DNA of 51,654 nt, from assembly GCA_016209795.1 (NCBI GenBank), contig JACQVI010000221.1, positions 1 through 51,654 of the forward strand. The letters are read 5' to 3'. Shown here piece by piece: positions 46,751 through 51,654 of this stretch (the stretch's first letter is position 1; each line of letters starts with the position of its first letter). A model generated the notes under the pieces. It was not told the origin of the DNA, ran no database searches, and saw only the letters and a list, made by a program, of their open reading frames with translations. Source of the DNA: Ignavibacteriota bacterium. Its GTDB lineage: Bacteria > Bacteroidota > Ignavibacteria > UBA10030 > SZUA-254. The position numbers and the translations under genes were made by a program.

Positions 46751-47781
46751 TACGCTTTGCACATCCTGAGTATCTCTACGCCCTGGCTCTGCTGCCGCTC
46801 TCCGTTGGTTTTTACTGGTGGATGAGGTTACTTCGAAAGCGTGCACTTGCTCGGTTTGGTAACCCCTCACTCTTGCAGCGACTCATGCCAGCGATTGGGA
46901 AATACAAAATTGGTATGAAATTCACGTTGGTCATGTTTGCTCTCTCTTTTTTGGTTCTTGGTCTTGCAAATCCACAAATCGGTACGAAGCTCGAGGAGGT
47001 CAAACGAGAAGGTGTTGATATCATGATAGCGCTGGATGTGTCAAACAGTATGAAAGCAGAAGACATTAAACCAAATCGACTCGAGAGCGCAAAGCGAGAA
47101 ATTTCTGGAATGTTGGATAAGCTGCAGAATGATCGCATTGGACTCATCGTTTTTGGCGGAGAAAGTTATCTCCAACTTCCTCTGACGACCGATTACTCTG
47201 CCGCTCGACTCATCTTGAGCGCAATTGATGTTGATGTCGTTCCTATTCAAGGAACTGCGGTCGGTTCAGCTATCAGATTGGCGATGAAGTCGTTTGTAGC
47301 AGGAGAGAAAAAGCACAAGGTCATTATTGTCATCACCGATGGTGAAAATCATGAAGATGATGCGATTAGTGCTGCAAAGGAGGCTCAGGACGAGGGAGTG
47401 ATCGTTCATGCCATTGGGATGGGTCTGCCTGTGGGCGCACCAATTCCAATCTATCAAAATAACCTCCAGGTGGGATTTAAAAAAGATAGAGATGGGAATA
47501 TCGTCCTGACGAAACTTGATGAAACTGGATTGCAACAGATTGCTGATGCTGGTGGGGGCAGATACATTCGCGCCACAACGCAAAAGGATGAATTAGATGC
47601 TATTTTGAAAGAGATCGAATCAATGGAGAAAAAAGAGTTTGGAGCAAAAGTGTTTACAGAGTACGAGGACCGGTTTCAGTATTTCCTTGGTACAGCGTTA
47701 TTCTTGTTAGCGGCAGAATTTTTTATTTCAGAGCGTAAGAATCGTTGGTTATCACGATGGAAATTGTTTCGGGAACAATGA
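46747..47781 (+). CDS. batB: vWA-domain membrane protein BatB
   Basis: FAHPEYLYALALLPLSVGFYWW. MIDAS DIMIALDVSNSM. IITDGENHED. C-terminal TM. ATGA overlap with batA. Confidence 0.8.
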   Translation: MIRFAHPEYLYALALLPLSVGFYWWMRLLRKRALARFGNPSLLQRLMPAIGKYKIGMKFTLVMFALSFLVLGLANPQIGTKLEEVKREGVDIMIALDVSNSMKAEDIKPNRLESAKREISGMLDKLQNDRIGLIVFGGESYLQLPLTTDYSAARLILSAIDVDVVPIQGTAVGSAIRLAMKSFVAGEKKHKVIIVITDGENHEDDAISAAKEAQDEGVIVHAIGMGLPVGAPIPIYQNNLQVGFKKDRDGNIVLTKLDETGLQQIADAGGGRYIRATTQKDELDAILKEIESMEKKEFGAKVFTEYEDRFQYFLGTALFLLAAEFFISERKNRWLSRWKLFREQ

Positions 47782-48512
47782 AGAACATTATTCTCTTTTG
47801 CGTTGTCACAGTGTTGTATGTAGGACGTGTCAATGCACAGTCTGAACGGTCGCTGATTCGTGAGGGTAATCGGCACTACAAGAACATGCAATTTGCCGAT
47901 GCTGAAGTAAGCTACCGGAAAGCCCTAGAAAAAAATAAGGAGTTACATGAGGGAAGTTTTAACCTTGGCGATGCGCTCTACAAGCAGGGCAGATATGAAG
48001 AAGCCGCAGATCAATACAGAAATTCAACTACGAGAGATCATAACCTGAAGGCACAGGCACAGGGATTTCATAATCTTGGAAACGCTTTGTTGAAGGCACA
48101 GAAACTCCCCGAAAGTATCGCGGCGTATAAAGAAGCGCTGAAACTGAATCCAAATGATACAGACACAAAATACAATCTCGAATATGCCAAGGCACTTCTT
48201 AAACGACAGCAACAGCAAAAGAAGGAACAAAAAAAGGACGAGCAGAAACAGCAAGAACAGCAACAACAGAATCAACAAAACCAGGATCAGCAAAAGCAAG
48301 AGCAACAGAATGAGGAACAAAAAAAGCAGCAAGAACAACGGCAGCAACAAGCTCAGCAACAGGAACAACAACGGGCACAACAGAGAAAGCAGCAGATCTC
48401 GAAGCAAGATGCAGAGAGAATCCTCGAGGCGTTGAAGAATGAAGAGAAAGATGTCCAAAAGAAGTTACACAAGAAAGTGCCTGCGAGAGTGAAGGTCGAG
48501 AAGGATTGGTAA
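47778..48512 (+). CDS. batC: TPR protein BatC with Gln/Lys/Glu-rich C-terminal low-complexity region
   Basis: The ATG at 47778 (ATGA overlap with batB) gives signal MKNIILFCVVTVLYVGRVNAQ. TPR units follow (YRKALEKN, GDALYKQGRYEEAADQY, GNALLKAQKLPESIAAYKEALKLNPND), then a Q-rich tract. Confidence 0.75.
   Translation: MKNIILFCVVTVLYVGRVNAQSERSLIREGNRHYKNMQFADAEVSYRKALEKNKELHEGSFNLGDALYKQGRYEEAADQYRNSTTRDHNLKAQAQGFHNLGNALLKAQKLPESIAAYKEALKLNPNDTDTKYNLEYAKALLKRQQQQKKEQKKDEQKQQEQQQQNQQNQDQQKQEQQNEEQKKQQEQRQQQAQQQEQQRAQQRKQQISKQDAERILEALKNEEKDVQKKLHKKVPARVKVEKDW
48207..48395 (+). repeat. CAG/CAA/AAG-rich, T-depleted low-complexity tract inside batC
   Basis: Encodes QQQQKKEQKKDEQKQQEQQQQNQQNQDQQKQEQQNEEQKKQQEQRQQQAQQQEQQRAQQRKQQ. 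It also generates spurious Leu-rich and Ser/Asn-rich ORFs in other frames. Confidence 0.85.
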
Positions 48513-48513
48513 T

Positions 48514-50343
48514 ATGATTCGTCACTGGTCATTCGTCATTTGTTATTGGTCATTGATCATTGGTCATTGCTCATTGGTTTTCGCCCAGGACGCTTCCTTT
48601 ACCGCATCAGTCGATAAAAATCGTGTTGCCATGGGCGAGCAGTTTGAGATCACTTTTGAGCTTACTGGGATGGGAAGTGGGAAAAACTTTCGTCCACCAT
48701 CGTTCAATGATTTCCTCGTCTTGTCCGGACCGAATCAGTCAACAAGTATGCAGATCATCAATGGTGCAGTCTCTTCTTCTATTTCCTATAGCTATATTCT
48801 CCAGCCTCGCTCTGAGGGTACATTTACAGTTGGACCTGCAACAATAGAGTACGGCGGAAAGCAACTGCACACACAGCCAGTCACGATAGAAGTAACCAAG
48901 GGCGTCCCTCGTCCAAAACAGCAAGCACGACAATCCGAAGATGCGAATCTGATGAAGCAGATCGGTGATAATTTATTCATGCGGATCATGGTTGATAAAA
49001 CTCGTATCTATCAAGGTGAGCAGCTTACGGCGACATATAAGATTTATGCGAGAGTCAATGTTGTCAATTACAAGATGTCGAAACTTCCTGCACTTACAGG
49101 CTTCTGGAGTGAGGATTTAGAGGTTCCGAAACAAATTCAACTGACCAATGAGATAGTGAACGGCAAGCAATATCGTGTAGGTGTTCTGAGAAAGGTAGCC
49201 CTTTTCCCCCAACGAAGTGGAACACTACAGCTTGATCCGATGGAAGTTACCTGTGTTGTGCAGATGCGATTACGCAGACGTGGAAATGATTGGTTCGATC
49301 AATTCTTCAACGACCCATTCTTCGGGAATGTCAAGAATGTTGAGTACAAAGTTCAGAGTGACCCCGTGACGATCAGTGTTGTTCCACTGCCAACAAACAA
49401 TATCCCGCAAAGCTTTAGCGGAGTCGTAGGGAAATTTTCTCTGGAAGCATGGCTTGATAAGCGCCAGACAACGGTGAATGAGCCGGTAACACTCAAGGTC
49501 AAAATTAGCGGACGAGGAAATCTCAAGCTTCTTGAGGCACCGCAGATTATTATCCCGGCAGACATCGAACGGTATGATCCAAAGATTTCTGACAACATTT
49601 CAAACCAGGGAGGACGCATTGCCGGTAGCAGGACGTTTGAGTATTTGCTGATACCTCGTCACGCGGGAGAACAGAGGATTCCATCATTCCCATTTTCTTT
49701 TTTTGAGATTGAGAAAAAAGAGTACGCGACATTGACAAGCCCTGAGTTTCTCTTAACCGTGGAAAAAGCATCTGGCACTGTCTCAACGCCTATTGTAGGT
49801 ATCAGCAAAGAAGATGTTAAACTATTGGGAGAAGATATTCGGTTTATCAAAAGCGGAAGTATATCATTACGTCGGAAAGGAGAATCCTTTGTAGGGTCTG
49901 CGATTTTCTATGCTTGTTCCATTAGCCCGCTTCTTGCGTTTGCCGGATTTGTTTTTTATGTGAAGAAGCACGAAAAAGTGCTTGGTGATGTTGCTGCCCT
50001 ACGCATTCGGAAAGCTCGGAAAATTGCACAGAAGCGATTAGTACAGGCAAAGAGATATTTACAATCGATGAAGAAAGAAGAATTTTATGCAGAGGTTTCT
50101 CGCGCCCTCTGGGGTTATATTGGTGACAAATTGAGTCTTTCACCAGCTGACTTATCTCTTGAACTTGTTCGTCAGAGACTTGAGTCACGTGGTGTAGCGA
50201 ACGAAGCAATAACAAAACTTGGGTCAACCATCGAGCAGTGCGAGTATGCCCGCTTTGCACCGTCGGCAGATTCATTAGAAATGGATCAAGTGTTCTCTGA
50301 AGCCATCGAGCTCATTGCAACCATAGAGGAACAATTGCGATGA
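48514..50343 (+). CDS. batD: BatD-family (oxygen tolerance) membrane protein
   Basis: 609 aa. FTASVDKNRVAMGEQFEITFELTG and TFTVGPATIEYGGKQLHTQPVTIEV are BatD-like Ig-type repeats. C-terminal TM FYACSISPLLAFAGFVFYV. Position between batC and batE. Confidence 0.75.
   Translation: MIRHWSFVICYWSLIIGHCSLVFAQDASFTASVDKNRVAMGEQFEITFELTGMGSGKNFRPPSFNDFLVLSGPNQSTSMQIINGAVSSSISYSYILQPRSEGTFTVGPATIEYGGKQLHTQPVTIEVTKGVPRPKQQARQSEDANLMKQIGDNLFMRIMVDKTRIYQGEQLTATYKIYARVNVVNYKMSKLPALTGFWSEDLEVPKQIQLTNEIVNGKQYRVGVLRKVALFPQRSGTLQLDPMEVTCVVQMRLRRRGNDWFDQFFNDPFFGNVKNVEYKVQSDPVTISVVPLPTNNIPQSFSGVVGKFSLEAWLDKRQTTVNEPVTLKVKISGRGNLKLLEAPQIIIPADIERYDPKISDNISNQGGRIAGSRTFEYLLIPRHAGEQRIPSFPFSFFEIEKKEYATLTSPEFLLTVEKASGTVSTPIVGISKEDVKLLGEDIRFIKSGSISLRRKGESFVGSAIFYACSISPLLAFAGFVFYVKKHEKVLGDVAALRIRKARKIAQKRLVQAKRYLQSMKKEEFYAEVSRALWGYIGDKLSLSPADLSLELVRQRLESRGVANEAITKLGSTIEQCEYARFAPSADSLEMDQVFSEAIELIATIEEQLR
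48516..48578 (+). repeat. Nine-unit degenerate tandem heptamer array (consensus CATTGGT) at the 5' end of batD
   Basis: GATTCGT CACTGGT CATTCGT CATTTGT TATTGGT CATTGAT CATTGGT CATTGCT CATTGGT. It is read as the signal-peptide residues IRHWSFVICYWSLIIGHCSLV. Confidence 0.85.
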
Positions 50344-51092
50344 GACAGCTTGCAGTTATTTTTCTCGTGTTTCTCTCACACGTTCTGCTAGCTCAAGAAG
50401 CTGAGCGCCAATTCGAGCAGGCAAACCAACTCTATCGCAGTGGAGAATACCAGAAAGCTGCAGCATTGTATGAACAGATCATCCTGAATGGCTACGAGGA
50501 CCCTACTCTCTATTACAACCTTGCTAATGCATACTTCAAGCTGAAAAGCATCCCAGCAGCTATCCTGAACTATGAAAGATCATTCCGTTTATCACCGAAC
50601 GATGACGATATTTCCTATAATCTTCGGTTGGCGAATCTGCATGTTGTCGACAAGATCGAATCAATTCCACGATTGTTTTTCATCGATTGGTGGTGGGCAT
50701 TCATTAATATATTTTCATCGGATGAATGGGTAATAGTTGGCATCATCAGTTTATGGTCTGCTGTACTCGCCGGAGGGATCTACCTTGTGATTCGACCTGT
50801 CCTACTTCGGAGAATTTCTTTTGTGGTTTCCTCGCTTGCAGTTCTCGTTTGCCTTGTTTCCTTCGTAGGGGCGTATCAAAGGATTCATCGTGAGCGGAGT
50901 GAAAACAGTGCTATCGTTTTTTCACCTTCTGTTTCGGTGAAAAGCTCTCCCGATGAACAGAGCACAGATTTGTTCGTGTTGCATGAAGGAGTAAAAGTTG
51001 AACTCGTCGATACTATTGGTGAATGGAAGAAAATTCGCCTAACTGATGGGAAGATTGGATGGGTAGAGCAGGAACATTTACAGGTAATCTGA
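50340..51092 (+). CDS. batE: BatE-like TPR + TM + SH3-like domain protein
   Basis: TPR (ANQLYRSGEYQKAAALYEQI, YYNLANAYFKLKSIPAAILNYERSFRLSPND), two TM segments, and C-terminal SH3-like VLHEGVKVELVDTIGEWKKIRLTDGKIGWV. ATGA overlap with batD. Confidence 0.7.
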   Translation: MRQLAVIFLVFLSHVLLAQEAERQFEQANQLYRSGEYQKAAALYEQIILNGYEDPTLYYNLANAYFKLKSIPAAILNYERSFRLSPNDDDISYNLRLANLHVVDKIESIPRLFFIDWWWAFINIFSSDEWVIVGIISLWSAVLAGGIYLVIRPVLLRRISFVVSSLAVLVCLVSFVGAYQRIHRERSENSAIVFSPSVSVKSSPDEQSTDLFVLHEGVKVELVDTIGEWKKIRLTDGKIGWVEQEHLQVI

Positions 51093-51095
51093 CGA

Positions 51096-51650
51096 TCAGG
51101 GAAAGATTTCTTTCAGGGAAAACTCTGCATCGGGGAACAGTGGTGTGTTCATGCTCTCTTTGTGCTTAAAGACTTTTACCAGCTGAAAACCTTTCGGTGA
51201 GGTTTGATAGACTTCAATTTCTTTTTTCTCAGGAGATACCAGCCAGTATTCTTTCGCTCCACCTCGAGCATACTCTCGGAACTTGAATGTGCGATCACGT
51301 TCTTCTGTTCCCTCCGAAAGAATTTCGACAACAAGGTCGGGTGAGGCATTGAATTTTTTCCCATCATTGATGGATGAGCGCTCGTGTGAGAGATAACAAA
51401 CATCAGGCTGGAACACTATGACATCTGAGAGTACAACATCGACCGGTGCACCCAAAACAATACCGGCTTGTTTCTTTTCAATATAGCGACTGAGCACCAT
51501 TGCGAGTTTCGTCGCAATCAGTTGATGCTGAATAGTGGGCATAGCGGTCATAATGCATTCTCCATCAAACAGTTCGATGCGCTGGTTAGACTCCCCCAAT
51601 GAGAGAATGTCTCGATAAGTAACTTTTAGTTCATCTGCAATCTGGGGCAT
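51096..51650 (-). CDS. Uma2-family (DUF820) putative endonuclease
   Basis: IELFDGECIMTAMPTIQHQ...SPDLVVEILSEGTEERDRTFKFREYARGGAKEYWLVSPEKKEIEVY is the PD-(D/E)xK-like Uma2 pattern. Convergent with batE, with 3 nt between the stops. Confidence 0.8.
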   Translation of the reverse strand: MPQIADELKVTYRDILSLGESNQRIELFDGECIMTAMPTIQHQLIATKLAMVLSRYIEKKQAGIVLGAPVDVVLSDVIVFQPDVCYLSHERSSINDGKKFNASPDLVVEILSEGTEERDRTFKFREYARGGAKEYWLVSPEKKEIEVYQTSPKGFQLVKVFKHKESMNTPLFPDAEFSLKEIFP

Positions 51651-51654
51651 ACAC

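Noticed and set aside
48024-48525. Leu-rich 144-aa and 108-aa minus-strand ORFs and a 93-aa Ser/Asn/Arg-rich plus-strand ORF
   Set aside because: They are by-products of reading the T-depleted CAG/CAA/AAG tract of batC in other frames or on the other strand. They are pure low-complexity peptides.
42439-51092. MoxR AAA+ / vWA gene set as a novel defence or stress system
   Set aside because: Gene order and domain content (MoxR, DUF58, TM protein, two vWA proteins, TPR, BatD, TPR-SH3) match the already described Bat aerotolerance-type operon of Bacteroides and spirochaetes. Only the inserted cassette and the repeats are unusual.
1-51654. Search by eye for CRISPR arrays, tRNA/rRNA genes, transposase/integrase genes, and long direct or inverted repeats marking a mobile element
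   Set aside because: I saw no regularly spaced repeat-spacer pattern, no tRNA cloverleaf-like segment in the few intergenic gaps, and no recombinase-like ORF. This is a visual scan only. tRNAscan-SE, an Rfam cmscan and a self-dot-plot would be needed to exclude them formally.

Overview
This is a 51.6-kb, densely coding chromosomal stretch with about 40 CDS. I recognise no rRNA, tRNA, CRISPR array, transposase or integrase. Gene content points to an FCB-superphylum bacterium (Bacteroidota / Ignavibacteriota / Chlorobiota-like); the exact taxon cannot be determined from here. Left third: the type IX secretion (T9SS) attachment genes porU-porV, then a four-gene module of secreted/outer-membrane proteins of unclear function, then a convergent lptF-lptG pair. 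Middle: the giant T9SS translocon gene sprA and the response regulator porX, followed by tightly overlapping housekeeping genes (tsaE, tsaB, accD, arginase). Next comes an ExbB/ExbD/TonB-like cluster continued by an OmpA-domain protein, a 1004-aa TPR protein and an outer-membrane barrel, then panC, a GlmU-N-terminal-like nucleotidyltransferase, rsfS and argS. Right third: a complete MoxR-DUF58-BatA-E (Bacteroides aerotolerance-type) operon and a convergent Uma2-family endonuclease gene. The Bat operon is interrupted by a four-helix-bundle (23S rRNA IVS protein family) gene bracketed by inverted degenerate heptamer repeats. Everything from 16.5 to 51.1 kb is on the + strand, with many 1-4 nt start/stop overlaps. 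There are three best candidates for something undescribed. (i) The porUV-linked module at 5.7-13.7 kb: a dead M6-like/FG-GAP T9SS cargo, a lipoprotein, an HExxH-peptidase/PD40-propeller/Omp85 fusion, and a membrane protein. (ii) The Tol- or Agl/Glt-like envelope cluster at 28.9-37.3 kb. (iii) The heptamer-flanked four-helix-bundle cassette, together with a second heptamer array that encodes the BatD signal peptide. All family assignments come from motif recognition by eye and need HMM/BLAST confirmation.
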